Part shown: piece by piece, positions 18,078 through 29,192 of the stretch | How the letters are laid out: the number at the start of each line of letters is the position of its first letter | Numbering within the stretch: position 1 is the first letter of the stretch | DNA from: Nitrospirota bacterium | GTDB taxonomy: Bacteria; Nitrospirota; UBA9217 | Direction: 5' to 3' | Length of the DNA: 64,000 nt | NCBI GenBank assembly: GCA_963790205.1 | Contig: CAWBNQ010000003.1 | Coordinates: 448,001 to 512,000 of the forward strand | Notes under the pieces: model-generated | The model's database searches: none | The model's input: the letters and a program-made list of their open reading frames with translations, nothing else | Told to the model about the DNA's origin: nothing | Program-made: the position numbers and the translations under genes

Positions 18078-18104
18078 GAGCCCTCGCTCGTTGAGCGAGG
18101 GCTC
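18078..18104 (-). terminator. Hairpin terminator downstream of htpG
   Basis: GAGCCCTCGCTC-GTT-GAGCGAGGGCTC perfect 12-bp stem. Confidence 0.7.
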
Positions 18105-18146
18105 GGTTGCCTTCATTCAAGGAATAACAGCGCTTCAGCTTATTTT

Positions 18147-20057
18147 TTAATGCTGCTTTGCATTCTCCAGCATGAGCTTCGCCATCGTTTTCGCGAACGC
18201 GGCGGGGTCCTTGATCTTCGAGCCCTCGAGCAGAAGCGCCTGGTCGTACAACAGGCCGATGTATTCCTTGAGCGTTTCGTCGTTGCCACCCTTGTCGATG
18301 AGGCTGTTCATGGCTTCGAATATCTGATGCGCCGGATTGATTTCCAGGACCCTCTTGCCGGAGGGGACCTCTTGACCCATTGCCTTCATCAGTTTTTCCA
18401 TCTGGGGATCGAGTTCGCCTTCGCCGGCAACCAGGCAGCAGGCAGAGTCCTTGAGCCTGCCGGAAAGGCGCACGTCCTTTACCTCGTCCTTTAACTGTTC
18501 TTTTATCAGGGCAAGGAGCTTCTCGAATTTCTCCTTCGACCGTTCCTTGTCCGTGTCACTTGTCTTGTCCAGGCTGATATCGCCTTTTACCGCCGACTTT
18601 ATCTTTTTGCCCTTGTATTCCTGAAGGTCCAGCATGATGACGTCGTCGATCTCGTCGGCCATGATCAGGACCTCATAGCCCTTTTCACGGAAAGCTTCGA
18701 GGTAGGGCGATTGCAGGGTATTTTCATCCGGCTTGCCGATGATGTAATAGATCTCGCCCTGCGCGATCGGCATGTTCTTCACGTATTCTTCGAGCGTGGT
18801 ATATTTGCCGGGCTCCGTCTTCGTAGACTGGAACAGGAGCAGGTCGGCGATCTGCTCCTTCCGGGCAAAATCGAAATGGATGCCTTCCTTGAGCACCCTG
18901 CCGAATTCCTTATGAAAACCCGCATAGGCATCAAAGGAGTTCGATTTCATGTCCGCCAGGGTATCGAGCGTTTTTTTGACGATGCTTTTCTTGATGATCT
19001 CGACGTGCTTGTTGGACTGCAGGATCTCCCGCGATACGTTCAGGGGAAGGTCCGAGGAATCGACCACGCCCTTGACGAAGCGGAGATATTCGGGAATGAG
19101 CTGTTCGCAGTGGTCCATGATCTGGACCCGCTTGACGTACAGGGTCGGTCCGATCTTATAGTCCTTGTACAGGATCCCGTAAGGGGCCTTTGACGGGAGG
19201 TACAAGAGCGCCGTAAACTCCGACGTGCCTTCCGTGCGGTAATGGATGACCTTTGCGGGGTCGCCGAAATCGTGGGATATATGTTTGTAGAAGTCGTTAT
19301 ATTCCTCGGCTGTTACTTCCGACGGGTCCTTGAGCCAGATGGCCTTGCCGGCGTTCATTTTTTCTTCTTCAAGGACTTTAGTCTTTTTGCTCTTATCAAG
19401 CGGGTCTTCCTTTTCCCGCTCGACGTCCATGACGACCGGGTGCTCGATGTAATCGGAGTATTTCCGGATGATTGACTTGATCTCCCATTCGTCGAGGTAA
19501 TTCTTGTCCTCGGTCTTGAGATGCAGAATGACGTCGGTCCCGGCGCGGTCCTTTTCAGCCTCGTCGATGATGAAGGAGCCGTCGGCAATCGATTCCCATT
19601 TGACGGCCTTGCTGGTCCTCTCCGTCGCCTTTCTCGTGATGACCGTGACCTTGTCAGCCACCATGAAGGACGAATAGAATCCGACGCCGAACTGTCCGAT
19701 GAGCTCCGGCTTGTCCTTCAGGGCCTTGTCCTGAAGCGCCCGCAAAAAATCCTTGGTGCCTGAATGGGCGATGGTCCCGAGCTCGGCGATGACCTCGTCA
19801 TGGGTCATCCCCATGCCGTTGTCGCTCACCGTCAGCGTGCCAGCCGCTTTGTCCAGGATGATTTTTATCTTCCAGGCGCCGGTATTGTCGAGGATCTCCT
19901 TGTTCGTGAGCGATTCAAAGCGCGCCTTGTCTATGGCGTCGGACGCGTTCGAGATCAGCTCCCGCAGGAAGATCTCCTTATGAGAATAGAGGGAATGGAT
20001 CATCAGGTCCAGCAGCTCTTTTACTTCGGTCTTGAATTCCATTTTTTCAACGGTCAT
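18147..20057 (-). CDS. htpG: Chaperone HtpG (Hsp90)
   Basis: IFLRELISNASDAIDK, GTIAHSGT, IGQFGVGFYS, DLPLNVSRE. Confidence 0.97.
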   Translation of the reverse strand: MTVEKMEFKTEVKELLDLMIHSLYSHKEIFLRELISNASDAIDKARFESLTNKEILDNTGAWKIKIILDKAAGTLTVSDNGMGMTHDEVIAELGTIAHSGTKDFLRALQDKALKDKPELIGQFGVGFYSSFMVADKVTVITRKATERTSKAVKWESIADGSFIIDEAEKDRAGTDVILHLKTEDKNYLDEWEIKSIIRKYSDYIEHPVVMDVEREKEDPLDKSKKTKVLEEEKMNAGKAIWLKDPSEVTAEEYNDFYKHISHDFGDPAKVIHYRTEGTSEFTALLYLPSKAPYGILYKDYKIGPTLYVKRVQIMDHCEQLIPEYLRFVKGVVDSSDLPLNVSREILQSNKHVEIIKKSIVKKTLDTLADMKSNSFDAYAGFHKEFGRVLKEGIHFDFARKEQIADLLLFQSTKTEPGKYTTLEEYVKNMPIAQGEIYYIIGKPDENTLQSPYLEAFREKGYEVLIMADEIDDVIMLDLQEYKGKKIKSAVKGDISLDKTSDTDKERSKEKFEKLLALIKEQLKDEVKDVRLSGRLKDSACCLVAGEGELDPQMEKLMKAMGQEVPSGKRVLEINPAHQIFEAMNSLIDKGGNDETLKEYIGLLYDQALLLEGSKIKDPAAFAKTMAKLMLENAKQH

Positions 20058-20426
20058 TGTTCACCTCATGATGTCCTGAGAATCTCATCTGCCGCGAAGA
20101 CACGAAGAGATGCGAAGGAATGAAAGTCTTCGGACGTTTGTCAGCTGCCGATGAAAATCATGTCCCCTGGGCTTCTTGGTGTCTTGGTGGCGGGTTTTCT
20201 TTTTTTAATCGAGACTATATATACCTAAACATCCTGTCCGTTGTCAAGAGGTTTGACGGGCTATCGGTCGCGGCCGTCGGGGTTGCGGAAAGGGTAATGA
20301 CAGATGGGGCGCTCCCGGCAGCCCGCATGAAGTTGCAAATTCTCGCTCGTAAGGAAGTTCTTGGTTCTGCTATAGTAATAATATAAGCAGTGTTCCTGCA
20401 TAAGGGCAGGAGAAGGAGGACCTCCC

Positions 20427-20750
20427 ATGGTAAAGAAGGGCATCATTCTTGCGCTCCTGTTCTGCTTCATCCTGCCGCTCGGAGCGCTCTCGCAGGTTTT
20501 GACCGGGGGCGGCAATATCCGCTTTATGCCCAAGGGTGCGGCGCCGGTCCTGTTCAGCCACGAGAAACACGTCGAGGCGAACGGCCGCAAATGCTCGGGT
20601 TGTCACTTCGGGGTCTTCCAGATGGAAAAGGGGTCGAACAGGATGAACATGAGCAAGATCACGAAGGGCTATTTCTGCGGTACCTGCCACAACGGCAGGA
20701 CGGCCTTCGACGTGGAAGACCGCGCCCAGTGCACGCGATGCCATGCGTGA
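20427..20750 (+). CDS. c7-type triheme cytochrome c
   Basis: Signal peptide; FSHEKH; CSGCH, CGTCH, CTRCH. Confidence 0.85.
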   Translation: MVKKGIILALLFCFILPLGALSQVLTGGGNIRFMPKGAAPVLFSHEKHVEANGRKCSGCHFGVFQMEKGSNRMNMSKITKGYFCGTCHNGRTAFDVEDRAQCTRCHA

Positions 20751-21021
20751 ACGGCGACGCGACGTCCATTGATACAGTTTATTCAAAAATACCCGTCAAC
20801 GGGCCTCCGATCATGATAGAGCACGGTTCTCGAACAACAAGGGCAGCTTGCTACTAAAGTAGGTCACCTCAATCCGCTGTTTTTTTATACTCCTAACCCC
20901 GGTATTTTCGCTCCATACGTTCTATAATTTAATCATGGTTCCGAGCGGCATGCTGTTCCGATTACAGCATCTCTTTGCAGTAAGCTATCGGCGCAGCGAT
21001 GGCTGAAGGGAAGGAGGGGCT

Positions 21022-21363
21022 ATGAAAATCATACTCATAATCACAATGCGGACAGTGATAGTGTTTGCGTTGCTGCTCACGGGTTTTGCGGCAGGGTTTC
21101 CGGTCGGGCAGCGCATGGGATTTACGACGGGCAGCGAGTGGGCGATCGTTCAGGCGGACATCATTGCGCGGGAGGCCGGGCTGTCCATGCCGGTCAATTA
21201 CGAGGAGGGAACATTTCGTGTCGTTCTCAGACAGCCGCCGGGCCTCTATAAGAAGGCCTGGCACCTTGCGGACAGGCATGACAGAGAGATGCAGTATTGG
21301 AGCAGCGGCGAGAGAACGTTACGTGAGTCCGTGAGCTTCACGAGAAGTTATCTGACGCAATAA
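21022..21363 (+). CDS. Hypothetical exported/membrane-anchored protein
   Basis: AGGAGG RBS; hydrophobic N-terminus. Confidence 0.6.
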   Translation: MKIILIITMRTVIVFALLLTGFAAGFPVGQRMGFTTGSEWAIVQADIIAREAGLSMPVNYEEGTFRVVLRQPPGLYKKAWHLADRHDREMQYWSSGERTLRESVSFTRSYLTQ

Positions 21364-21376
21364 GACATCTTTCGTT

Positions 21377-23905
21377 TCAACGGTCCCGGGGTTTTGTGCG
21401 GCGCGTGGGCACGGCGTTCCAGGGATCATTGGGCCAGGGATGCTTCGGGTAGCGGCCCTTGAGCTCTTTTTTTACCTGCTGATACGCGCTGTTCCAGAAC
21501 CCCCTCAGATCCTGCGTCACCTGGACCGGCCTTCGCGCCGGGGACAGTAAATGAAGCAGTACCTTTACCCTGCCGCCGGCAATGAGCGGCGTGTCAGCGA
21601 GCCCGAACATCTCTTGGAGTTTCACGGCAAGCACCGGTTGATCGCCGTTCGAATAATCGAGCGTTGCGCGGCTTCCACTCGGCACCGTAATGGATAGAGG
21701 CGCGCGCTCGTCTAGGAACCGCTGTTGTTCCCGGGAAAGCTTTGCCTTGAGCGCCTGGAGGATATTGAGGCTCGCGAGGCCTTGAGCGCTGCGGATGCCC
21801 TTGAGCCAGGGGAGAAGCCATTCTTCCGGCTCGGAGAAAAGCTTTTCATCCGAAAGGTCGGGCCAGGGCTCTTCAGGGAAAACCCTTTTCATAAGTCCTG
21901 CCCTGGCTTGGAACTGTCTCGCATCCTTGTTGAACGCAAGGACCCCCGGCGTCGTCCTGATCACTTCGCATAAAATAGGCGCAGCCTCTTCATCAGTAGG
22001 GGTAAACGGCCGTCTCGAAAGAAGCAAGCTTTCGAGCCGCTCTTCAATGGCGGCATTGATCCTGCCCTCCTTGCTGTCCCATTCAGCTTTTCGAATTATC
22101 TTGATGCGCTTGCCGCACCCGCTCCGGATGAGTTCCTCCGTTATCGGCGCGGCGGTATGAACGAAGCCTTCGGCCTTCTCGCCGGCATCCACATTGACAG
22201 CGATGAGGTAAGGGCTGCTTCCCAGGTGGCTGTCCTGCGAGAGCCGTACGCCCCTTCCCCGGACATGAACAAAGCGTCCTCCGCCTTCTTCGCGGCGCTT
22301 GCAGATCCGGTCGGGATACGCCGAAAGCAGGAGTCGGGAGAGCATCCCGTGTTCCACGATATTCTCCGCTGAACCGCTCCGCGTTTCGGACATTATCCGC
22401 ATGAGCTGGGCAGCGGTCTTTTCCACGGCCCGAAGCGCAGAGGGATCGATGTTCCCGCCTGTTTCTTTTCCCATGCGCCGCCTGCGCATGGCATCAACTC
22501 TTTCCGATATGTCGGGTTCGGCAAATATGCGGTCGGCTCCGCTGTGCCGGAAGATGTCCCGCTCGGTAAGGAGAGCGGCAAGGTCCGCGCCGAGGCGTGC
22601 ACAGCCCAGTTCCTGCGCCCGTACCATGAGACAGGAAAGCCTGGGATGAAGGGGAAGACCTGCCATGGCCCGGCCGAATGGAGTGATCGCACCCGATGGA
22701 TCGAGGGCGCCGAGGTCTCTCAACAGACCCAGGCCGGATTCCCAGGCTGCCGCAGGCGGCATATCGAGCCATGAGAGTTCACGAGGGTCCTTTACTCCCC
22801 AGACCGCGAGTTCAAGCACGAGTTGGGAAAGATCGGATACCAGAATCTCCGGCTGCGTAAACGGCAGCATGCCGGCAAGGTCATGCTTGCCGTAGAGGCG
22901 GTAACACACGCCCGGTCCGAGCCGTCCTGCCCGGCCCTTGCGCTGTTCCGCTGATGCCCGGGAAACGGAGGTTGTTACGAGCCGGTTCATGCCGGTTGCG
23001 GGATCGTAGCGCAGCATGCGCGTGAGGCCGCTGTCGATCACGACCCGCACGCCCTCGATGGTAAGGCTCGTCTCGGCTATATTCGTGGCGAGGACGATCT
23101 TTCGCTTATCCTTCGACGGCATGATGGCCCGCTCCTGTTCCTCGAAGGGCAGGTCCCCGTAGAGCGCGTGCAAGACGATGCCTTCGTCGTTTATGTCGAG
23201 CGACTCGTGGAGCGCCTTGGTGCAGGCGCGTATCTCTCCCGAGCCGGGCAGAAATACCAGGATGTCTCCCCCGGTCTCCTTCAGGGCGGTCTTGACAGCG
23301 GGGGCGATGCGCTGGGGGAGGGGGCCTGTCCCTTCTTCCTGGTAGCGTTCTTCCACGGGATAGGCCTTCCCCGAGGAAGCGATCACCGGCGCGCTGCCGA
23401 GGAGCGATGCTATGGGGCCGGGATCCAGGGTGGCGGACATGACAAGGACCTTCAGGTCCGGACGCAGGGCCCTGCGGACGTCGAGGCAGAGCGCGAGTGC
23501 CAGGTCCGCACGGATGCTCCGCTCATGGAATTCGTCGAAGATGACCATTGCCGTGTTTTCGAGCCCTGGGTCTGACTGAATGCGTCGGGTGAGAACGCCC
23601 TCGGTCACGACCTCGATCCTGGTCTTCGCCGATCTCTTCGTATCGAAGCGTATGGCGTAGCCGATCGTCCCGCCCGCCTCTTCATTCAGCGATTGCGCCA
23701 TCCAGCGCGCCGCGGAAACAGCTGCGATCCTTCGGGGTTCGAGCATGACGATGCGGCCCTGTCCCTGCGGAAGCAGGTCGAGCAGCGCGAGCGGGACCCG
23801 CGTGGTCTTTCCCGCTCCGGGCGGCGCATGGAGTATGACCGAGGGGTTGCTTTGCACGGCGTCTTTCAGCTGCGGCAGTATGGTGTCTATGGGATAGGAT
23901 TTCAT
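21377..23905 (-). CDS. hrpB: ATP-dependent RNA helicase HrpB
   Basis: APPGAGKTT, EPRRIAA, DEFHER, MSAT, QRKGRAGR, LSPARRPVQVTQDL, RYPKHPWP. Confidence 0.95.
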   Translation of the reverse strand: MKSYPIDTILPQLKDAVQSNPSVILHAPPGAGKTTRVPLALLDLLPQGQGRIVMLEPRRIAAVSAARWMAQSLNEEAGGTIGYAIRFDTKRSAKTRIEVVTEGVLTRRIQSDPGLENTAMVIFDEFHERSIRADLALALCLDVRRALRPDLKVLVMSATLDPGPIASLLGSAPVIASSGKAYPVEERYQEEGTGPLPQRIAPAVKTALKETGGDILVFLPGSGEIRACTKALHESLDINDEGIVLHALYGDLPFEEQERAIMPSKDKRKIVLATNIAETSLTIEGVRVVIDSGLTRMLRYDPATGMNRLVTTSVSRASAEQRKGRAGRLGPGVCYRLYGKHDLAGMLPFTQPEILVSDLSQLVLELAVWGVKDPRELSWLDMPPAAAWESGLGLLRDLGALDPSGAITPFGRAMAGLPLHPRLSCLMVRAQELGCARLGADLAALLTERDIFRHSGADRIFAEPDISERVDAMRRRRMGKETGGNIDPSALRAVEKTAAQLMRIMSETRSGSAENIVEHGMLSRLLLSAYPDRICKRREEGGGRFVHVRGRGVRLSQDSHLGSSPYLIAVNVDAGEKAEGFVHTAAPITEELIRSGCGKRIKIIRKAEWDSKEGRINAAIEERLESLLLSRRPFTPTDEEAAPILCEVIRTTPGVLAFNKDARQFQARAGLMKRVFPEEPWPDLSDEKLFSEPEEWLLPWLKGIRSAQGLASLNILQALKAKLSREQQRFLDERAPLSITVPSGSRATLDYSNGDQPVLAVKLQEMFGLADTPLIAGGRVKVLLHLLSPARRPVQVTQDLRGFWNSAYQQVKKELKGRYPKHPWPNDPWNAVPTRRTKPRDR

Positions 23906-23971
23906 AAAAGCACTGCTATATCAGCGGGCATGACCAGTCAGCTCGGGCATCGATCCCTCCCTGTCTTCATG

Positions 23972-24601
23972 TTAGAGCTCTATTTCATTAAAGGTTGAGT
24001 AGACGTACAGGGTGAAGTCGTTTTCTATCCGGTCGTGCCTGAGGGCAACGGAAGGGGAGAGGTTCTCGATCGCGAATTTGACCATGTCCTCCGGCGAGGT
24101 GAAATGGAGCTCGGGGTCCTTGACGGGGGTGTGGGACGACAGCGCGTTCAGGGCGAGGCCCTTGTTGCAGTGCTTGAACAGGGCGACGAGTGCGTTCTTC
24201 AAGTCGTCATCGACACCGGGGACCTGCAGGTTGAACACGCCGCAAATGAAGATGTAGTCGTAGAACCCTTCGAGCTCATCGTCGTCCGCGCACATGACCT
24301 TGAAGGTACAGTCGGGATACTTGCTCTTTGCCAGGTTGATGAAGTTTTCATTGATGTCTACGCCGGTATACCGCACGGTGATGTCCCGCCGCTTTAAAAA
24401 ACGATAAAAGTCTCCGGTCCCGCAGCCGTAGTCGAGGACCGTGCTGTTGTTCAGGTCTTCCGCCGGCGCTATGGAGGCGAGGGTATGGTAGCGCTTGAGC
24501 TGGCCTTTTGGCGTCCAGCGGAGCGCCTCGGGCCGGTCGCCGAATTTTTTCAGATGAAAGTTATAAAAGGACAGGAGTTGGTCTTTCGAAAAGGGGTCCA
24601 T
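23972..24601 (-). CDS. Class I SAM-dependent methyltransferase
   Basis: VLDYGCGTG, YTGVDIN; GGAGG RBS. Confidence 0.85.
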   Translation of the reverse strand: MDPFSKDQLLSFYNFHLKKFGDRPEALRWTPKGQLKRYHTLASIAPAEDLNNSTVLDYGCGTGDFYRFLKRRDITVRYTGVDINENFINLAKSKYPDCTFKVMCADDDELEGFYDYIFICGVFNLQVPGVDDDLKNALVALFKHCNKGLALNALSSHTPVKDPELHFTSPEDMVKFAIENLSPSVALRHDRIENDFTLYVYSTFNEIEL

Positions 24602-24757
24602 GGACATCCTCCGCAATAACATACACATACACGCGTGAATAAAATATTGTACCGGAATGAACGCATGAAAGCAAGGGCACGCTTTCAGACGGGAAGTATA
24701 GGACATGCATAACTTTGCTTCTATACAGAACTAATTTTGTCCTGTTAAATGTTTTTC

Positions 24758-24786
24758 TTGACAAACTATTTGCGTTGACTTATTAT
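24758..24786 (+). promoter_or_regulatory. sigma70 promoter of the nuo operon
   Basis: TTGACA-N17-TATTAT. Confidence 0.7.
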
Positions 24787-24842
24787 ACACGCGTTTTAGA
24801 AGTTATGTTAATTCAAAATTTAATATGAGTTGGGAGTAGCGT

Positions 24843-25217
24843 ATGACACCAAGTACCTACCTTCCGGAACACTTTCTGCCGGTAGTCGTCTTTCTGCTGC
24901 TCGGCACAGCAATGGGGCTCGGGATGCTCATTGCCGGATGGTTTATCCGGCCGAGGAACCCTTATCCCGAAAAGTTGCTCACCTACGAGTCCGGCATCAC
25001 CCCCTTCATGGACGCCCATCAGCAGTTTTCCATCCGGTATTACATCATCGCCATGCTTTTCCTCATCTTCGACATTGAAGCTGTTTTCCTCTATCCCTGG
25101 GCCGTGGCATTCAACCAGATCGGCCCGTACGTGCTGGTGGAAATGGTGATCTTTATCGCCATCCTGCTCGTTGGGTATGTTTATGCGTGGAAGAAAGGGG
25201 CTCTCGAATGGGAGTAA
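24843..25217 (+). CDS. nuoA: Complex I subunit A
   Basis: [27 protein letters not shown]. Confidence 0.95.
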   Translation: MTPSTYLPEHFLPVVVFLLLGTAMGLGMLIAGWFIRPRNPYPEKLLTYESGITPFMDAHQQFSIRYYIIAMLFLIFDIEAVFLYPWAVAFNQIGPYVLVEMVIFIAILLVGYVYAWKKGALEWE

Positions 25218-25687
25218 TGCAGAACCTTTTTGAAGAAGGCTATATCACGACGACCGTCGATTCCTTCCTGAATTACTGCAGGGCAAGCTCTATCTGGCCG
25301 ATGACGTTCGGGCTCGCCTGCTGCGCCATCGAAATGATCCAGTATTATTCGGCTCCCCAGCACGATTTTGACCGCTTCGGGACCGTGCCCCGGCCTTCAC
25401 CGAGGCAGTCGGACCTGCTCCTCGTGGCGGGGACGCTCACCAAGAAGATGGCGCCCATCGTACGGCGCGTGTACGATCAGATGCCCGAGCCGCGATACGT
25501 CATCGCCATGGGAAGCTGCGCCAGCTCCGGCGGCATCTTCAATACCTACAGCGTGGTGCAGGGAGCGGACAACATCGTTCCCGTGGACGTCTATATCCCC
25601 GGCTGTCCGCCGAGGCCCGAGGCCCTGATGAACGGTATCATCAAACTTCAGGAAAAGATCAAGAAAGAGAAGTATATCCGGAAGTAA
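25208..25687 (+). CDS. nuoB: Complex I subunit B
   Basis: [31 protein letters not shown]. Confidence 0.95.
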   Translation: MGVMQNLFEEGYITTTVDSFLNYCRASSIWPMTFGLACCAIEMIQYYSAPQHDFDRFGTVPRPSPRQSDLLLVAGTLTKKMAPIVRRVYDQMPEPRYVIAMGSCASSGGIFNTYSVVQGADNIVPVDVYIPGCPPRPEALMNGIIKLQEKIKKEKYIRK

Positions 25688-25776
25688 CGCAGCAACGCCG
25701 AACGCTTTCACACCCCACTTCAGCATAGAGAACCGGGCACCATCGTTGTGATTGGTGCGGCCATTGACGAGGTTGT

Positions 25777-26247
25777 ATGGACCCCTTACAGATCGCAAAG
25801 ATGATAGAAGAAAAGTTCGCCGGTCAGGTCATCGGCACAACGACCCACGCCGGACAGGTCGCCGTTATGGTCAAGAAAGACCAAATCAAAGATATCTGCC
25901 TGTACCTGCGCGACGAACCCGGACTCAAGATGGATCACCTGGCAGACCTTACCGCAGTCGATTATTCCCGGTATCCCGGGGACACCGGACTGCGGTTCGA
26001 GGTCGTATATAATCTCATCTCGACTGAGTACCGGCACCGCATACGCCTGAAGACGCGCGTGCCCGAAGAGGATCCGAGGATCGACACCGTTTCCCCGGTC
26101 TGGCACACGGCCAACTGGCACGAGAGAGAGACCTTTGACCTCATGGGGATCAAGTTCGACGGCCACCCGGACCTTCGCAGGATCTTGCTGCCCGAGGACT
26201 GGGAAGGACACCCGCTCAGGAAGGAATACCCGCTGAAAGGATATTGA
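25777..26247 (+). CDS. nuoC: Complex I subunit C
   Basis: ANWHERETFDLMGI.F.GHPDLRRIL..GHPLRKEYP. Confidence 0.95.
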   Translation: MDPLQIAKMIEEKFAGQVIGTTTHAGQVAVMVKKDQIKDICLYLRDEPGLKMDHLADLTAVDYSRYPGDTGLRFEVVYNLISTEYRHRIRLKTRVPEEDPRIDTVSPVWHTANWHERETFDLMGIKFDGHPDLRRILLPEDWEGHPLRKEYPLKGY

Positions 26248-26302
26248 AATCTAATAAGTCCTATATGTCCTATCAGACCTATGGGAATTTCATGGTGAAA
26301 AC

Positions 26303-27502
26303 ATGTCTTCTACCGATACAGAACAAAAAGAGATCGTTCAGAAGGAAATAACCTTAAACATGGGTCCTCAGCACCCGGCCACCCATGGCGTGCTGCGCCT
26401 GGTGCTCGACCTGCAGGGCGAGACCGTGGTGGGCTGCGACCCGCGTCCCGGCTACCTGCACCGCGGGATCGAGAAATGGATGGAGAGCAGGACCTACCAT
26501 CAGATCATCCCCATGACCGATCGGCTGGAATACATCACCTGCATGAATAACAATCTGGGCTACGTGGTGGCTGTCGAGAAGCTTGCGGGCATCGAGGTCC
26601 CGGAGCGGGCGCAGTTCATCAGGACGCTGATGGCCGAGCTTACGCGGCTTTCCGGGCACCTTGTGTGGCTTGGCACCCATGCCCTTGACATCGGCGCCAT
26701 GACGGTCTGCATGTACACGCTGCGGGAACGGGAACTTATCCTCGACCTTACGGAGATGGTGACGGGCGCACGCCAGACCGTGAGTTATGTCCGTATCGGC
26801 GGTTTGCGGAACGATATATCGCGCGACTTCATCGACAAGTGCCGGGAATTTACCGAGATATTCCCGAAGCGGCTCGAACAGTACGACACGCTGATCCGCG
26901 AGAACCGCATCTGGCTCCAGCGCACCGTTGGCATCGGCGTGTTCTCGGCGGCGGATGCGGTCAACTACGGCCTGACCGGCGGTACGCTCCGCGGCTCGGG
27001 AGTAAACTACGATCTGCGCAAGGTCGAGCCGTATGCGGCCTATGATAAAGTGGAGTTCGACGTGCCGCTGGGCAAGAACGGCGATGTCTACGACCGGTAT
27101 ATCGTGCGTATCAACGAGATGCGCCAGAGCAACCGGATCATCAAGCAGTGCCTCGACATGATGCAGCCCGGACCGATCACGACCGACGATGCGCGCTACG
27201 CCATTCCTGAGAAAATGCAGGTGATGCAGAGCATGCAATCGCTGGCCCACCAGTTCGTGCTCATGAGCAAGTGGGTCCCCATGCCCAAGGGTGAGGTATA
27301 TGTGGCGACCGAGGCGCCGAAGGGCGAACTTGGTTTCTACATCGTAAGCGACGGGAGCGGCAGGCCGTACCGCATCAAGATCCGAGCCCCATCGTACGTG
27401 CACATAAGCGCCCTTCCGAAAATGGTTATCGGGCATATGATGGCGGATGTTATCGCCTGCATCGGGACCATCGACATTGTGTTGGGCGAGTGCGACCGGT
27501 AA
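26303..27502 (+). CDS. nuoD: Complex I subunit D
   Basis: NMGPQHPATHGVLR, GYLHRGIEK, DRLEY, EAPKGELG, DIVLGECDR; no NiFe CxxC motifs. Confidence 0.95.
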   Translation: MSSTDTEQKEIVQKEITLNMGPQHPATHGVLRLVLDLQGETVVGCDPRPGYLHRGIEKWMESRTYHQIIPMTDRLEYITCMNNNLGYVVAVEKLAGIEVPERAQFIRTLMAELTRLSGHLVWLGTHALDIGAMTVCMYTLRERELILDLTEMVTGARQTVSYVRIGGLRNDISRDFIDKCREFTEIFPKRLEQYDTLIRENRIWLQRTVGIGVFSAADAVNYGLTGGTLRGSGVNYDLRKVEPYAAYDKVEFDVPLGKNGDVYDRYIVRINEMRQSNRIIKQCLDMMQPGPITTDDARYAIPEKMQVMQSMQSLAHQFVLMSKWVPMPKGEVYVATEAPKGELGFYIVSDGSGRPYRIKIRAPSYVHISALPKMVIGHMMADVIACIGTIDIVLGECDR

Positions 27503-27526
27503 GAGCGCGGGCCACCGGACGAAACG

Positions 27527-27883
27527 ATGAAACTGAGAGAAATCATTAACCTGCTTCATGCCGAGGTCCTTGTCGGGAACGGTCTCATTGACGAGATCGA
27601 GGTGGAACGGTGCTTCAGCGCCGATCTCATGAGCGATGTGCTCGCCCGGTCCCATGCGAACGGAATTCTGATCACGGGGATCTCGAACCCCCAGGCAGTG
27701 CGAACGGCTGACATCGCCGACATCAGAGCGGTCTGTCTCGTTCGCGGGAAAAAACCGGAGGAGGGCGCGGTTTCCCTGGCACGGCAAAAGGATATCCCCC
27801 TTTTTGTAACGAAGCTGACTATGTTCGAGGCCTGCGGCATTTTATACATGAACGGGCTTAAGGGGGTAGCCGAGCGGCAATAA
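27527..27883 (+). CDS. DRTGG-domain protein 1
   Basis: ADLMSDVL, LITG..NPQAVRTA, VRGKKP, MFEACGILY. Confidence 0.8.
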   Translation: MKLREIINLLHAEVLVGNGLIDEIEVERCFSADLMSDVLARSHANGILITGISNPQAVRTADIADIRAVCLVRGKKPEEGAVSLARQKDIPLFVTKLTMFEACGILYMNGLKGVAERQ

Positions 27884-27886
27884 GAG

Positions 27887-28840
27887 ATGGCACTGGAAGG
27901 CAAAGAGCAGGAGACGCTGGACCGGGTGACCAAGACCCAGGAGATGGTCTATGAGATCACGGTCGGCGAGGTCATGGCTGCCAAGGTGTTTACCGTAAGG
28001 CCGGACCAGACCATGTCGGAGCTTAGCCTTCTCATGCGGGACAACCGCATTTCCGGCACCCCGGTGGTGGAGAACGGAAAGCTCGTAGGCATGGTCAGCA
28101 TCGCGGACCTGATCAACGCCCTCAGCAGTAATGATATCAACGCTCCCATCCGGGAGAAGATGAAAACAAAGGTTGAGTGCCTGTACACCGACGAACTGCT
28201 CGTCCACTGTATCGCCAAATTTTCCAAATACGGGTATAAGCGGTACCCCGTGTTGAACCGCAATGAAGAGCTGGTGGGCATCATCACCAAGGGAAACATC
28301 GTCGAGGGCTTGCTCAAGAAGCTCGAGATCGAATACGAACAGACCGAGTCGAAAGCCGACGCGACGCGTCATCGGCCCACGATGCGGAAGTTTTTCGAGG
28401 ATGTATCAGCCGACGAGATCAGTTTCACGTTTAAGTTCAATGTCGCAGGCCAGACCCTGAAAGAAGCGGGCAAGGCGGCGAGCGAGCTTAAGAACGCGCT
28501 CAAGAAACTGGGTGTCTGTCCTCCGCTCCTTAGAAGGATCGGGGTGGCCACCTACGAAGCGGAGATCAACCTCGCTTCGTACACGAAAGGTGGAGAGATC
28601 CGGGCCCAGGTGGAGAAGTGGGGGATCACGGTTGAGGCGGTCGACAGCGGCCCCGGGATCCCCGATGTCGAGCGCGCGATGCAGCCGGGATATTCCACGG
28701 CGCCCGACTGGGTGCGGGAATTGGGGTTCGGCGCCGGCATGGGGCTGGTGAACATGAAAAAATGCGCCGATGAGATGAATCTGCAATCAGCGGTGCCCGA
28801 TGGGACGCATTTGACCATGCAGTTCTACTACACGAGTTGA
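27887..28840 (+). CDS. CBS-pair + RsbT-like (anti-sigma type) Ser/Thr kinase
   Basis: Two CBS repeats, then YEAEIN, DSGPGIPD..AMQPGYST..GFGAGMGL. Confidence 0.85.
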   Translation: MALEGKEQETLDRVTKTQEMVYEITVGEVMAAKVFTVRPDQTMSELSLLMRDNRISGTPVVENGKLVGMVSIADLINALSSNDINAPIREKMKTKVECLYTDELLVHCIAKFSKYGYKRYPVLNRNEELVGIITKGNIVEGLLKKLEIEYEQTESKADATRHRPTMRKFFEDVSADEISFTFKFNVAGQTLKEAGKAASELKNALKKLGVCPPLLRRIGVATYEAEINLASYTKGGEIRAQVEKWGITVEAVDSGPGIPDVERAMQPGYSTAPDWVRELGFGAGMGLVNMKKCADEMNLQSAVPDGTHLTMQFYYTS

Positions 28841-28850
28841 CCGGGGGCCA

Positions 28851-29192
28851 ATGAACCTGAATGATCTTGTGAAGGAATTCGGCCTGGATGTGAAGGTGGG
28901 CTCCGGTCATCTCGACCGCGAGGTGACGGGGGGATACGTGAGCGACCTCCTGTCCGATGTCCTGGCCCACGGCGAGGAAGGGAACGTCTGGGTCACGCTC
29001 CATATCCATCAGAACATCGTGGCCGTGGCATCGCACAAGGACCTGGCGGGCGTCATCCTGGTCCAGGGAAGGCAGCCGGAAAAGGACACGATTGCCCAGG
29101 CCGAGAAAGAGAACATCCCGATCATGGTGACCAGCCTTCCGGCCTTTGAAGTGGTTGGCAGATTGTACAAGGCGGGTATCCGTGGCGCTTAG
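28851..29192 (+). CDS. DRTGG-domain protein 2
   Basis: GGYVSDLLSDVL, WVTLHIHQNIVAVA. Confidence 0.8.
   Translation: MNLNDLVKEFGLDVKVGSGHLDREVTGGYVSDLLSDVLAHGEEGNVWVTLHIHQNIVAVASHKDLAGVILVQGRQPEKDTIAQAEKENIPIMVTSLPAFEVVGRLYKAGIRGA

Noticed and set aside
25208..27502. NuoB/C/D as a group 4 [NiFe]-hydrogenase
   Set aside because: NuoD lacks both CxxC Ni-binding motifs and keeps the quinone-site His and Tyr.
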